A program made the position numbers and the translations under genes. A stretch of DNA of 64,000 nt from Bacteroidia bacterium (GTDB lineage Bacteria > Bacteroidota > Bacteroidia > CAILMK01 > JBBDIG01): the NCBI GenBank assembly GCA_040880525.1, contig JBBDIG010000024.1, positions 12,522-76,521 of the forward strand, given 5' to 3'. The notes beneath the pieces were generated by a model, which made no database searches, had not been told where the DNA came from, and saw nothing but the letters and a program-made list of their open reading frames with translations. Numbering within the stretch: the first letter of the stretch is position 1; each line of letters begins with the position of its first letter. This document shows, one piece after another, positions 17,675-27,584 of the stretch.

Positions 17675-18271
17675 ATGAAACTTATGAAATTCTTTGATCT
17701 CATAAAGAACAGGTTTTTTCCCGACCCAGCCAACCCGGCTCAACCTGTAATACACGAAGTGCTTAAAAGACGGCAGCTCGAACTTCAGCAGTACGAGGAG
17801 TGGAAAGCGGGTGGAGAACGGGCAAGTCTCACGGAATTTCTCTGCACTCAATATCACCGCAGCAAAAGTGAGCAGGAGGATCAGGCAATGGTGCGGGTTT
17901 TAACCACCGTTTCCTCCAAAGGTTTTCTCCTGAGATTTCCAGCCAGCGTACAAGCTGCCGGGTTTCAGCATTTCTTTGATTTGCTCAAAGATAAATTTTT
18001 AGAGGACGGTTACCGGCTTTATGCCTCTGACAGGAAGATTTACAACCGAAAGGAGTTTGCTGAAACCATAGAGCGGCATTATCTCAAGCCGAGCATAGAA
18101 CGAACCATGCCTTTTCCACTCGATCAGCGTTTTGGAAATATCAGTGTGGAATTGGTGAAGATCAATGACCGGCCCACGCACATCAAGCTATTGTGCAACA
18201 GTTACAGCGATGCGAAATATCTGGATGCCCAGGGAATGGACGAAATGATGGCGGTGATTTGCGGTGAATGA
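17675..18271 (+). CDS. hypothetical protein
   Basis: The ORF starts at MKLMKFFDL and is soluble. No recognisable motif was found. Confidence 0.4.
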   Translation: MKLMKFFDLIKNRFFPDPANPAQPVIHEVLKRRQLELQQYEEWKAGGERASLTEFLCTQYHRSKSEQEDQAMVRVLTTVSSKGFLLRFPASVQAAGFQHFFDLLKDKFLEDGYRLYASDRKIYNRKEFAETIERHYLKPSIERTMPFPLDQRFGNISVELVKINDRPTHIKLLCNSYSDAKYLDAQGMDEMMAVICGE

Positions 18272-18305
18272 TGAATTTGCAGATCATCGCAGCGATATAG
18301 CAGAA

Positions 18306-20516
18306 TTATTTGCTTTCAATTGTAAACAGAGGGGAGAACTTTATTTTACCCGTTTTCCGTACAAAAAATGCAGAGCAAAGACCAATATTGCCTTTTGCCA
18401 CTTGTTCACGAATGTAGGGGCTGCCCTCCACAATCCTGATTTTTGATTCGTTCAGGTTCCACAGGGTAATTTCATCAGCCAAAGTATTCAGATCTTCTTT
18501 CTCCAGCTTTTCCTTACTGAATGCCCCTGAATCAAGCGCAGGAGACAGCAACGGATGGAGGTAGGATTCTTTCCCTGCACGATAATTTTCCAGTGCCTCC
18601 TGAATAAATGAATTGCCGGAATTTCCCATAAGCAGAATTAATTTGGCCCCTTGCTTCCGGCAGGCAATTTCAGCACTGTAAATCGAATAGGCGCTCACCA
18701 GGTTGCCGGCAGTTCGTAACGGAATCAAATCTCCGATTCCTGTATTAAGAAGCATATTTAATGGCTCCCGCATATCTATGCTATTGACCACAGTAGCCAG
18801 CGGAGCTTCTTTAATGAAATCTATAAGTTCTTTATTCCGGTAACGCCTTGATACCAATTTGCCATCCACATAAAGCTGATTTCCTTCGATCATGTAATTC
18901 AGAATATCCTGCGGTGTGTGCAATTCTTTTTTCTCGGGAAGAGGTGTTTTAATTAAGTTCTTATTCTTATTGCTGCCATAGCTTTCCTTAAGGCCGGTTA
19001 TGACGACCTGGATATTGTTTTCAGGGGCAAATGTGTTTTCAAAATCATGTAATATTTCGATAATGTCCTGCTCTACATAGGTTGAAAATGTGGCATCAAT
19101 AATTACTCTTGAGTTTTTAGGAAGGCCCCACAATGTCTTTTTTATTGCTGGTTTATTAAGAAACGATACTTCGTTAGATAACTCCAGCCGGATGGCTTCC
19201 CCCTTTTTTGATTTAGAACTCTCAATGTAAAAGGGATTATAAAAATTACCCCTTAGTAAATAAAAAATGCTTACGGCAGTACCGATCATTACTCCGATCA
19301 GCACATCCGTGACCAGGATTCCGATGGTGGTGACAACGAAAGGGATGAACTGGTCCCAGCCTTTCAAAAACATGCTTCTGAAAATAGAAATAGAAGCAAG
19401 TTTGTACCCCACAACAAGCAGGATGGCCGCAAGGGATGCAAGGGGGATTAAATTGATAACCGGACTTATCGCTAAAACGCTGGCGAGCAATAATGTGCCA
19501 TGAAGAATGGTGGAAAGCCTGGTTTCAGCACCGGCCGCTATGTTTACCGAGCTCCTGACGATTACCGAAGTGATAGGTATGCCACCGATCAATCCTGCCA
19601 GCGTATTTCCTATTCCCTGCGCCACCAATTCGCGGTTGGGCGGGCTTCTCCTTTTATGCGGATCCAGGTTATCAGCCGCTTCTATAGCAAGCAAGGAAGC
19701 AATAGACGCAATCAGCGCAATGGTAAATGCATAGGTCCATACCTTAAAATTTGAGATGGAACTAAAATCAGGGAAGGTAACAGAGGAGGTAAATTCCTGC
19801 ACATCTGGTATGTTGACCAAATGATTTTCGTCAAGATAAAAATAGGGGGTAACATGCTTAAAAAATAAATTAATTAATACGCCAAAAAACACAACGAAAA
19901 GAAAAGAGGGCAAAAATTTAATATTCTTGAGAAAAGTTTTATCCCAATATATAAGTATTAATAATGAAAAAGTCGTTAATATGAGAGCGCCTGGCGATAT
20001 GGAATTAAAAACCACAAGAATCATATCTGGCGAAGTGAGGATAAAATCGCGGGAGTAGTCAGCCATACGGCTATCCAACTCCACTCCCAGGGCGTAAGGA
20101 ATTTGCGAAATAATGAGAATAAGACCGATGGCAGCCAGCAATCCTTTAATAATGCTGGTAGGCATATAATCCGCGATCATGCCGGCTTTTAACATTCCGA
20201 GTATGAACTGAAAGATACCGCCAATAGTCAGCGCCAGCAAAAAGACATCGAAGTTGCCGAGCTCCTTTATCGCAACCAGTACCACGGCTGTAAGGCTTGC
20301 GGCAGGTCCGCTTACGCTGATGTGCGACTGGCTGATGAAACCGATGACAATACCTCCGATAATGCCTGAAATGAGGCCGGAAATCAGAGGAGCTCCGGAG
20401 GCAAGCGCTATGCCCAGGCACAGCGGCAACGCTACTAAAAATACCACTAAACCTGCCGGGATGTCTTTATCCGGTCGGGAAAAAAGCGGCCTGCTTATGT
20501 CCTTAAAATTTGGCAT
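18306..20516 (-). CDS. SulP family inorganic anion transporter with C-terminal beta-carbonic-anhydrase-like domain (apparently lacking Zn ligands)
   Basis: The N-terminus carries the SulP signature ('PAGLVVFLVALPLCLGIALASGAPL...'). The C-terminal ~220 aa have a beta-CA-like layout, but 'SIDMR' replaces 'CxDxR' and 'GNSGNS' replaces 'HxxCG'. Confidence 0.7.
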   Translation of the reverse strand: MPNFKDISRPLFSRPDKDIPAGLVVFLVALPLCLGIALASGAPLISGLISGIIGGIVIGFISQSHISVSGPAASLTAVVLVAIKELGNFDVFLLALTIGGIFQFILGMLKAGMIADYMPTSIIKGLLAAIGLILIISQIPYALGVELDSRMADYSRDFILTSPDMILVVFNSISPGALILTTFSLLILIYWDKTFLKNIKFLPSFLFVVFFGVLINLFFKHVTPYFYLDENHLVNIPDVQEFTSSVTFPDFSSISNFKVWTYAFTIALIASIASLLAIEAADNLDPHKRRSPPNRELVAQGIGNTLAGLIGGIPITSVIVRSSVNIAAGAETRLSTILHGTLLLASVLAISPVINLIPLASLAAILLVVGYKLASISIFRSMFLKGWDQFIPFVVTTIGILVTDVLIGVMIGTAVSIFYLLRGNFYNPFYIESSKSKKGEAIRLELSNEVSFLNKPAIKKTLWGLPKNSRVIIDATFSTYVEQDIIEILHDFENTFAPENNIQVVITGLKESYGSNKNKNLIKTPLPEKKELHTPQDILNYMIEGNQLYVDGKLVSRRYRNKELIDFIKEAPLATVVNSIDMREPLNMLLNTGIGDLIPLRTAGNLVSAYSIYSAEIACRKQGAKLILLMGNSGNSFIQEALENYRAGKESYLHPLLSPALDSGAFSKEKLEKEDLNTLADEITLWNLNESKIRIVEGSPYIREQVAKGNIGLCSAFFVRKTGKIKFSPLFTIESK

Positions 20517-20810
20517 TCAGGAAATTTCAAGTATTCTATGGATGAAAATGTTCAATTGCTTTTCCGGCCCCGGATGTTCGTTAGGATAATAAGAAAAACT
20601 TAAAGGATTGAGTTACAGCCATGCATGAAGTGTGTTTATATTGGCAAACTCCAAATGCTCTTAACGCCTCGTATTCTCCTTGAGAATGCGTGATGCTATC
20701 TGGTGGCAAATTTAATCTTTGCCGGTTTGAACAAGGATAGAGTGAAAAAACTTCCTTCTTTTGCCTGATTCAATATTTGTTAATTTTACGACTTCAAATT
20801 TTACAACTCA

Positions 20811-21269
20811 ATGAAAAATCAACGATTCGACATTAAGACGGTCATCCAGGTTTTAAAACCGGCCAATGAAGTTTTTGAGGCTATTGTTGATCCTGAAGGG
20901 CTGACCCGTTACTTTATTTCAGAAAGCACTGGAAGGATGGAGCCGGGGAAGGAGCTTATCTGGCGGTTCCCTGAATTTGATATGGATGTGCCGGTACGGA
21001 TCGACAAAGTGGAGCAGGACAAGTTTATTTCCTTTTACTGGGATGCGGATGGAAAGGAGTATCCGGTGGAAATATCTTTAACACCGAATGGCCCTGAAGC
21101 GACTGTTGTTCGCATTACAGAAAAGGGAGGGGATAATGATGATGCAGGCATTAAATGGCTCAAAGAAAATACCGAGGGCTGGGCAAACTTCCTGGCATGC
21201 CTCAAAGCCTACCTCGAGTACGGAATTAATTTAAGGAAAGGTGCCTTTGATTTTAAACCTGAGAAATAG
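20811..21269 (+). CDS. SRPBCC family protein (AHSA1/polyketide-cyclase-like)
   Basis: It is about 150 aa. The N-terminal 'IKTVIQVLKPANEVFEAIVDPEGLTRYF' matches the SRPBCC fold signature. Confidence 0.55.
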   Translation: MKNQRFDIKTVIQVLKPANEVFEAIVDPEGLTRYFISESTGRMEPGKELIWRFPEFDMDVPVRIDKVEQDKFISFYWDADGKEYPVEISLTPNGPEATVVRITEKGGDNDDAGIKWLKENTEGWANFLACLKAYLEYGINLRKGAFDFKPEK

Positions 21270-21279
21270 ATTATAATTA

Positions 21280-22149
21280 TTGGGTTTTATTATAAAAATG
21301 GGAAAGGAAGATCAGATACCGCTGCACAATTTTACCAAAGATGACGAGGACAGTATTGCTTTTAAGCTGCATTCCCTCGAAAAGCGGAGTTACTATGATT
21401 TTACAGTGCCTCACCGGCATAATTACTTTGAGATATTTTTCTTTGAAGTGGGCGGAGGCTATCATCTTATTGACTTCGAGGAATTTGAGATACAGGATGG
21501 AAGTATTCATTTCGTGTCTCCAGGTCAGGTACATGTGCTGAAAAGAGCTCCCGGCTCTTATGGTTATATCGTCATTTTTTCTCGTGAATTTTTCTACAAA
21601 GCCACGCCTGATAACCGGCTCCTCTTCCGGCACCCGCTTTTGCACAATCGTACCAATTATCCCATCATAAAGCCGGTGCAAAAGCATTTTCAAGAATTGG
21701 TGAATTGCGTTACCAGGATGGGGCAGGAGCTCGCCCGCAACAGTCCCTACATGGAAGAATTAATGCGCCTTTATCTCCATGAAATGCTTTTCAGAAGTGC
21801 TGAAAACCTGGAACGGAAGCAACAGGAGCCGGATCTGGTCATGAGCTTTTTCGCCTTGCTGGAAACTCATTTCTATGAATGGCATTTCGTAACACAATAT
21901 GCAGACGAACTGGCCGTCTCTGACAGGCAGTTGGGGCATGAACTCAGCAACTCCACCGGAAAAACCACCCTGGAGCATATCGCGCAGCGCCTGATGCTGG
22001 AGGCAATGAGGCTTCTGCAATACAGCGAACTGAGCGTGAAGGAAATCGGCTTCCGGCTGGGATTTGACGACCCGGCCCATTTCGGCAAATTTTTTAAAAA
22101 GCACAGAAAAATTTCGCCTGGGGCATTCCGCAGTAAAAGCAATGAATAA
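21280..22149 (+). CDS. AraC family transcriptional regulator (cupin-like N-domain + HTH)
   Basis: The C-terminal HTH_AraC reads 'LSVKEIGFRLGFDDPAHFGKFFKKHRKISPGAFR'. The N-terminus is cupin-like ('HRHNYFEIFF...HFVSPGQVHV'). Confidence 0.8.
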   Translation: MGFIIKMGKEDQIPLHNFTKDDEDSIAFKLHSLEKRSYYDFTVPHRHNYFEIFFFEVGGGYHLIDFEEFEIQDGSIHFVSPGQVHVLKRAPGSYGYIVIFSREFFYKATPDNRLLFRHPLLHNRTNYPIIKPVQKHFQELVNCVTRMGQELARNSPYMEELMRLYLHEMLFRSAENLERKQQEPDLVMSFFALLETHFYEWHFVTQYADELAVSDRQLGHELSNSTGKTTLEHIAQRLMLEAMRLLQYSELSVKEIGFRLGFDDPAHFGKFFKKHRKISPGAFRSKSNE

Positions 22150-22237
22150 ATAAAAACAGGATTTACCATAGTTATGAATTAATATACTATTGTTAATATT
22201 TTGTGGTAAAGTAGTTTTGTTAAAAATATTAATCAAA

Positions 22238-23086
22238 ATGAAACTACGATACTTACTTCTTTCCCTGGCCCTGATCCCGGGGTACTCACTTTTGCACGGA
22301 CAAACCTCATTGCCTTATTACTCAGCCTTTGACGATGCTTCGCAGCAGGACGGCTGGGAGGAATACGAAACGGGCACAGACAGCGATCCTTACCACTGGA
22401 ATTTTGCATCATTTGCAGCCTACTCCCCTCCACATAGCCTGAATCACAACTATCCTGTGGGCGGCTCGGAGCGCACCGATGACTGGTTTGTATCACCCGA
22501 ATTCGATTTTAGCAATGGCGCTACTATAGATTCATTGCGGTATGTTTTCACAGGTTTCGGTACACCCATGGACGGAGATACGATCGCGATCTATCTTATT
22601 AATGGTTCGAAAGATCCGGAGACAGCCACAACCCGCACCATTCTTTACAATTTTACTGACAGCACCTATGAGAATGATAATGTTTGGCGAAAGCTGGAGG
22701 CATTGAATATTCCCGCCACCAGCGGACAAAGCCACATAGCATTCCGTTATACCACCATTGTGAACTGGCTGGATGTGAGACTGGATAATTTAAAGATCAG
22801 CGAAAAGCCCACTGGTATAAATGAACCGGCAGCAATCAATGAGGCGATTACTATATATCCAAATCCGGTTATCACAGAATTAACGGTAGCGTGGAATTTC
22901 AGATCTGAAGGAGCCACCATTACGCTGTTCAATATGAATGGAAAAGTGATGCAGCGCCAATTGATCGCAGGAGAATCTCAGCAGAAGCTTATCCTGGAAA
23001 CCGGTGGGTTAAAGCCGGGAATATATATGTTACAGGTTACCGGCACGTCAGGCCGTGTTTTTTCCAGAAGATTTTTGAAACAATAA
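22238..23086 (+). CDS. secreted protein with T9SS C-terminal sorting domain
   Basis: It has a signal peptide 'MKLRYLLLSLALIPGYSLLHGQ'. The C-terminal CTD reads 'ITIYPNPVITELTV...GIYMLQVTGTSGRVFSRRFLK'. Confidence 0.65.
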   Translation: MKLRYLLLSLALIPGYSLLHGQTSLPYYSAFDDASQQDGWEEYETGTDSDPYHWNFASFAAYSPPHSLNHNYPVGGSERTDDWFVSPEFDFSNGATIDSLRYVFTGFGTPMDGDTIAIYLINGSKDPETATTRTILYNFTDSTYENDNVWRKLEALNIPATSGQSHIAFRYTTIVNWLDVRLDNLKISEKPTGINEPAAINEAITIYPNPVITELTVAWNFRSEGATITLFNMNGKVMQRQLIAGESQQKLILETGGLKPGIYMLQVTGTSGRVFSRRFLKQ

Positions 23087-23153
23087 ATTATTTTAATGTA
23101 AAAAGTGATCTTAATATTCAAATTAGGATTGCATAAATTAAATAGTAAAACCA

Positions 23154-24056
23154 ATGAAAGTTTCGAGACGCACAGCCATAAAATCTTCTCTGCTAACTGG
23201 CCTGGGCCTGATGATGCCCGCAAGAATGATAGCGGATGAATGCCTAACAACGGCAGACATTGAAGGACCATATTATATACCCGGTTCTCCACACAGCAGC
23301 AAAATAGCATCATCCGGATCAGCGGGCACAAAGCTGTTCATCACAGGCAGCGTGTATGCTAACGATTGCACTACGCCCATAAAGGGTGCTGTGGTTGACG
23401 TGTGGCAGGCAAATGATGGTGGCGGATATGAGGATGAAAATTATCGCGGAATTATTAAGACAGATCAAACCGGGAAATATGCGTTTGAGTCAATTCTACC
23501 CGGCAAATACCTGAACGGTTCCCAATACCGGCCGCGCCACCTGCACTATAAGGTATCGGCTCCGGACATTATTCCCGGCCTCGTTCTCACCACCCAGATA
23601 TATTTTGAGGGCGATACCTCGATTCCTATAGATCCATGGGCCTCTGATCCTGATGCTGCAGAAAGGATCATTGCGCTGAGCACAGACCAGAACAATGCTG
23701 AGCATGGCGTGGCAGATATAGTGATAGACATTGATCCTGAGTTGGTGACCGGCACAGGCGCTCAGCCGGCTGAGATGGGAACCGGGATCGGCAGCATTAA
23801 GCCCAACCCGGTGCAGGAATCAGCAACCGTAATAATAGCGCTTGCACGGGCAGGCCGTGCATCTCTGAAAGTATATAATCTGGATGGCCGGGAAATAATG
23901 AAGGTGATTGAGAATAAAGCCATGAATGCAGGTGAGCACCGGCTGCCCTTTTTTGCACGGAACCAATATGGGCTGAAACTAAGCTCCGGCATCTATATTA
24001 TGAAGTTATGGCAGGAGGGTATTCCTGCAGATGTGAAGCGATTTGTAGTGCGTTGA
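23154..24056 (+). CDS. intradiol ring-cleavage dioxygenase-like protein with Tat signal and T9SS C-terminal sorting domain
   Basis: 'SRRTAIKSSLLTGLGLMMPA' is a twin-arginine signal. The dioxygenase core reads 'EGPYYIPGSP...GAVVDVWQANDGGGYED...YRPRHLHYKVSAP...TQIYFEGD'. The C-terminal ~80 aa form a T9SS CTD ('...GIYIMKLWQEG...'). Confidence 0.7.
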   Translation: MKVSRRTAIKSSLLTGLGLMMPARMIADECLTTADIEGPYYIPGSPHSSKIASSGSAGTKLFITGSVYANDCTTPIKGAVVDVWQANDGGGYEDENYRGIIKTDQTGKYAFESILPGKYLNGSQYRPRHLHYKVSAPDIIPGLVLTTQIYFEGDTSIPIDPWASDPDAAERIIALSTDQNNAEHGVADIVIDIDPELVTGTGAQPAEMGTGIGSIKPNPVQESATVIIALARAGRASLKVYNLDGREIMKVIENKAMNAGEHRLPFFARNQYGLKLSSGIYIMKLWQEGIPADVKRFVVR

Positions 24057-24513
24057 GATAAGACGTTTATCCTTTAATCCTATACTGTATTTAAGTTATC
24101 CGAAACAGGCCGGAAGCAGGTGATCCTGCTCCGGGCATTATATCCTTTCCTATTTCTTTATCCTCATCTCCGAGGGAACGGTTGCAGATCGCCTGCTTTT
24201 CCAGGCATCTTCAGCATCGTTTATCAGCGGGTTTTTTCGCTGATTTTAAATAAGAAATCCAAAACATTTCCCCTATTAGAATCCTTAGTGCTTACTGTTA
24301 AATTTGCACAAAAAGCATTGCAGCGTTGTCGTTTCAGGATTCGGTAAAATTAACTGTATGCCGCTGTTGAAGGGTTTGCGTCAGTGAGCATTTGGCGATT
24401 TCCCGGAATTTCCTGCTGCCGTATTGGTGCAACCGTTTATTGCACTGATACATCTCTCTTGGGCATTTTGCATTTATTTTTAAGATAGAATTTTTCACTA
24501 AACAAAAATTGAT

Positions 24514-25044
24514 ATGAGCCAACTTAAAATTTTTCTCCTGCTTACCCTGGGTGGAACCCTCCTGTTGGGTTGCGAAAGAAATACTGAATGGGAGGTTGAA
24601 GGGTATCAACCGGTTTACTCAGCAGATTCGGTTGCCATAAAATCCGTGGAAGCCCGCCCGGTGAAGAACCCCGGAAAGATTTATTATAAGGACAACTTCA
24701 TTTTTATAAATGAAAAAAGCCTGGGTGTTCACGTTATTGACAACACCGATCCTACCCATCCCAAGAATATTTCGTTCATCAGGATCCCCTATAACAGCGA
24801 TGTTTCTATTAAAGAGACTTACATGTATGCGAACAATGGGAATCATCTGGCAGTGATTGATATTTCAAATCCGCTCGCTGCGGTGGTAGTGAAGGAAGTG
24901 CAGAACGTGATAGACTTCGACAAGAATTCGCAGGATCTGTATCCACCAGAGCAGGGATTTTATTTTGATTGTGTAGATCCCGACAAAGGAATGGTGATAG
25001 GCTGGGAAAAAGCTGACCTGACCAATCCTCAATGTTTCCGCTAA
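24514..25044 (+). CDS. lipoprotein, LVIVD-repeat-like (beta-propeller) hypothetical
   Basis: It has the 'LLLGC' lipobox and 'LGVHVIDNTDPTHP...LAVIDISNP' repeats. Confidence 0.5.
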   Translation: MSQLKIFLLLTLGGTLLLGCERNTEWEVEGYQPVYSADSVAIKSVEARPVKNPGKIYYKDNFIFINEKSLGVHVIDNTDPTHPKNISFIRIPYNSDVSIKETYMYANNGNHLAVIDISNPLAAVVVKEVQNVIDFDKNSQDLYPPEQGFYFDCVDPDKGMVIGWEKADLTNPQCFR

Positions 25045-25074
25045 AAGTAAAAGATAACCTTAAAGAATAATAAG

Positions 25075-25866
25075 ATGAAGAAGATATTAATGCTAATGAT
25101 GATTGCGGCAGGGGCCTTTGCCTTTCAAGGCTGCAGCAAAGGAGATATGGACAGTCCCTCGCAAAGTCCCACACAAGGAAATACCGGAACCGGTGGAACT
25201 GGAACCGGTACGGGTGGGTCCATGGCGAGGTTTACCATAGCCAAAGATTTTTTGTACATCATCCAGAACGACCGTCTGGAGGTATTTTCTCTGGCGAATG
25301 CAGCCGAACCTGTACATTCTTCCGGGATGAAGTTACAAGGGAGTGAAATAGAAACCATTTTTGCTTTCCACGAATATTTGCTGATGGGAACCCGTTCAGG
25401 AATGCTGATCTACAGCATTACAAATCCGAGCCAGCCGGTATATGTTTCCACTTATGCACACATTCGCAGATGCGACCCCGTAGTGGCGCAGGGAAATTAT
25501 GCCTATGTCACGCTTCGCACGGGCACGGATTGCGGAGGCACACCGGTAAATGAACTTCAGGTGATTGATATCAGCAATATGAGTTCCCCAAGTTTGGTAA
25601 ACACATATCCGTTGAGCAATCCATTTGGCCTGGGCGTAGATGGCAACCACCTTTTTGTTTGTGATGGAACGGATGGTTTGAAAGTATTTGACAACGAGGA
25701 TCCGGAGAGCCTGGAAATGACCAACCATATTACCGGCATTGAAACTTTTGATGTGATTCCGTACAACAACTTGCTAATGGTGATTGGACCGGATGGTCTT
25801 AGCCAATATGACTACTCTGATATTAACTATCTCAAGTTGCTTTCTACAATTCCAGTGACCGAATAA
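25075..25866 (+). CDS. lipoprotein, LVIVD-repeat-containing hypothetical
   Basis: It has the 'AFQGC' lipobox and a Gly/Thr-rich linker 'GNTGTGGTGTGTGG'. It also has 'LQVIDISNMSSP', 'LFVCDGTDGLKVFDNEDP' repeats. Confidence 0.5.
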   Translation: MKKILMLMMIAAGAFAFQGCSKGDMDSPSQSPTQGNTGTGGTGTGTGGSMARFTIAKDFLYIIQNDRLEVFSLANAAEPVHSSGMKLQGSEIETIFAFHEYLLMGTRSGMLIYSITNPSQPVYVSTYAHIRRCDPVVAQGNYAYVTLRTGTDCGGTPVNELQVIDISNMSSPSLVNTYPLSNPFGLGVDGNHLFVCDGTDGLKVFDNEDPESLEMTNHITGIETFDVIPYNNLLMVIGPDGLSQYDYSDINYLKLLSTIPVTE

Positions 25867-26163
25867 GACTTATTTTTTATTCCTCTTATCTGTGGGCCTG
25901 AGTTCCGGAATATAAATCCGGAATTCAGGCTTTTTTATTTTGCCGTTGCCCTGCTGCAAAATTCCTGGCTTCCATTGATCCTTTCCAAACCAGATTTGTT
26001 CATCGGGGTAATGGCGGAACCAAATTTTGTGTTTCGGATTGCAGATGGTTTTGGAAGAAGCGAATTATAAGGATTAATTTTACAGCCGCTAATGAAGGTA
26101 CCTTCACTGTGTAAATGAAAGCAGGAAGCGAACGTATCAATCAAAAAAGATAAACCAGGAAAT

Positions 26164-27531
26164 ATGTCTGACTCAGTTGACCTTATCATGCCCAAGATGG
26201 GCGAAAGCATTGCAGAAGCTACCATTCTGAAATGGTTGAAAAAGGAAGGAGATGATATTAAAATTGACGAGCCCGTACTGGAAATAGCTACGGACAAGGT
26301 GGATTCAGAGGTGCCTTCACCTGTGGAAGGGAAGCTGGGAAAGATATTATTTCAGGAAGGTGATGTGGTGGCTGTGGGCGATTCTGTGGCTAAGATTATT
26401 ACAGCAGGCGGTGGAGCGGATTCCAGCGCTCCTGCACGGGAAGAAGCAGAAACGGAACCCGCAAGGGCAGAATCCGGATCCGGCAAGGAATCCCGCACGG
26501 CCAGTGCCTTAACTTCCGGTGAAACTAAAGGAGAGCTGAAGTCGCGCACTGAAGGCGGGAAATTTTATTCTCCGCTGGTGCTGAATATTGCCCGCAGAGA
26601 GGGAATTACTTCCGGAGAGTTGGAAGCAATGGAAGGCAGCGGCCGTGAAGGACGTGTTACAAAAAAAGACATCCTTGCGTACGTTAGCAACGGACGGAAA
26701 GCACAGGAAAAGCAGGAACAACCGGCACAATCCGCAGCCCCTGCAGGCCAGCCTTCTGATAAAATTACAGTTCAGGAGAAGCCGCAGGCAGGTATAAAAG
26801 AGATGGATGTGCCGCTTTATCCCGGTGATGAGATCATAGAAATGGACAGAATGCGGAAGCTCATTTCTGCGCACATGGTGCATTCCAAGCATACTTCTGC
26901 CCACGTCACCAGCATGGTAGAAGTGGACGTAACCAATCTTGTGAAATGGCGCGACAGGATCAAGAAGGATTTTGAGAAACGGGAAGGAGAGAAAATCACA
27001 TTTACGCCCATATTCATTGAGGCCCTTGCAAAGGCTATCCGCGATTTTCCGATGATCAATATTTCTGTAGCCGGAGATAAGATCATAAAGCGCAAAGCCA
27101 TTAATATCGGCATGGCGGCAGCTTTACCTTCCGGAAATCTGATCGTGCCCGTAATTCGCAATGCAGATGAGAAAAACCTGCTGGGACTGACGAAGGCTGT
27201 GAACGACCTGGCAAAACGTGCCCGCGAAAACAAATTAAAACCGGAAGAAATACAGGGCGGCACTTTTACGCTCACCAACGTAGGAACTTTCGGAAACGTG
27301 ATGGGAACTCCGGTCATCAACCAGCCCCAGGTAGCCATTATGGCTGCAGGAGCAATAAAGAAAAAGCCGGCAGTGCTCGAAACCGAAGATGGAGATGTTA
27401 TCGCCATTCGCCACATGATGTTCCTTTCACATGCTTACGACCATCGCGTTGTGGACGGAATGCTGGGCGGCAGTTTCGTGAGGCGCGTGGCAGACTACCT
27501 GGAGGCCTGGGACGTGAACCGGACATTGTAA
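26164..27531 (+). CDS. 2-oxoacid dehydrogenase E2 component (dihydrolipoyllysine-residue acyltransferase)
   Basis: The N-terminal lipoyl domain reads 'LEIATDKVDSEVPSP'. A Pro/Ala/Glu-rich linker and an E3-binding domain follow. The C-terminal catalytic domain carries 'SHAYDHRVVDG'. Confidence 0.85.
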   Translation: MSDSVDLIMPKMGESIAEATILKWLKKEGDDIKIDEPVLEIATDKVDSEVPSPVEGKLGKILFQEGDVVAVGDSVAKIITAGGGADSSAPAREEAETEPARAESGSGKESRTASALTSGETKGELKSRTEGGKFYSPLVLNIARREGITSGELEAMEGSGREGRVTKKDILAYVSNGRKAQEKQEQPAQSAAPAGQPSDKITVQEKPQAGIKEMDVPLYPGDEIIEMDRMRKLISAHMVHSKHTSAHVTSMVEVDVTNLVKWRDRIKKDFEKREGEKITFTPIFIEALAKAIRDFPMINISVAGDKIIKRKAINIGMAAALPSGNLIVPVIRNADEKNLLGLTKAVNDLAKRARENKLKPEEIQGGTFTLTNVGTFGNVMGTPVINQPQVAIMAAGAIKKKPAVLETEDGDVIAIRHMMFLSHAYDHRVVDGMLGGSFVRRVADYLEAWDVNRTL

Positions 27532-27584
27532 TTTCGATACAACCTTCTGAATTTGCTCAACTCCGGCCATTATCTGCCTGAAGT

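Noticed and set aside
20811-24056. Aromatic-compound catabolic operon (AraC + SRPBCC + dioxygenase)
   Set aside because: The dioxygenase-like protein is secreted (Tat plus T9SS CTD). No ring-fission downstream enzymes (hydrolase, dehydrogenase, cycloisomerase) are present, so a classical catabolic operon is unlikely. It is kept only as a secreted-module hypothesis.
4389-27531. E1 (4389-6413) and E2 (26164-27531) as one operon
   Set aside because: They are 20 kb apart on opposite strands with many unrelated genes between them.
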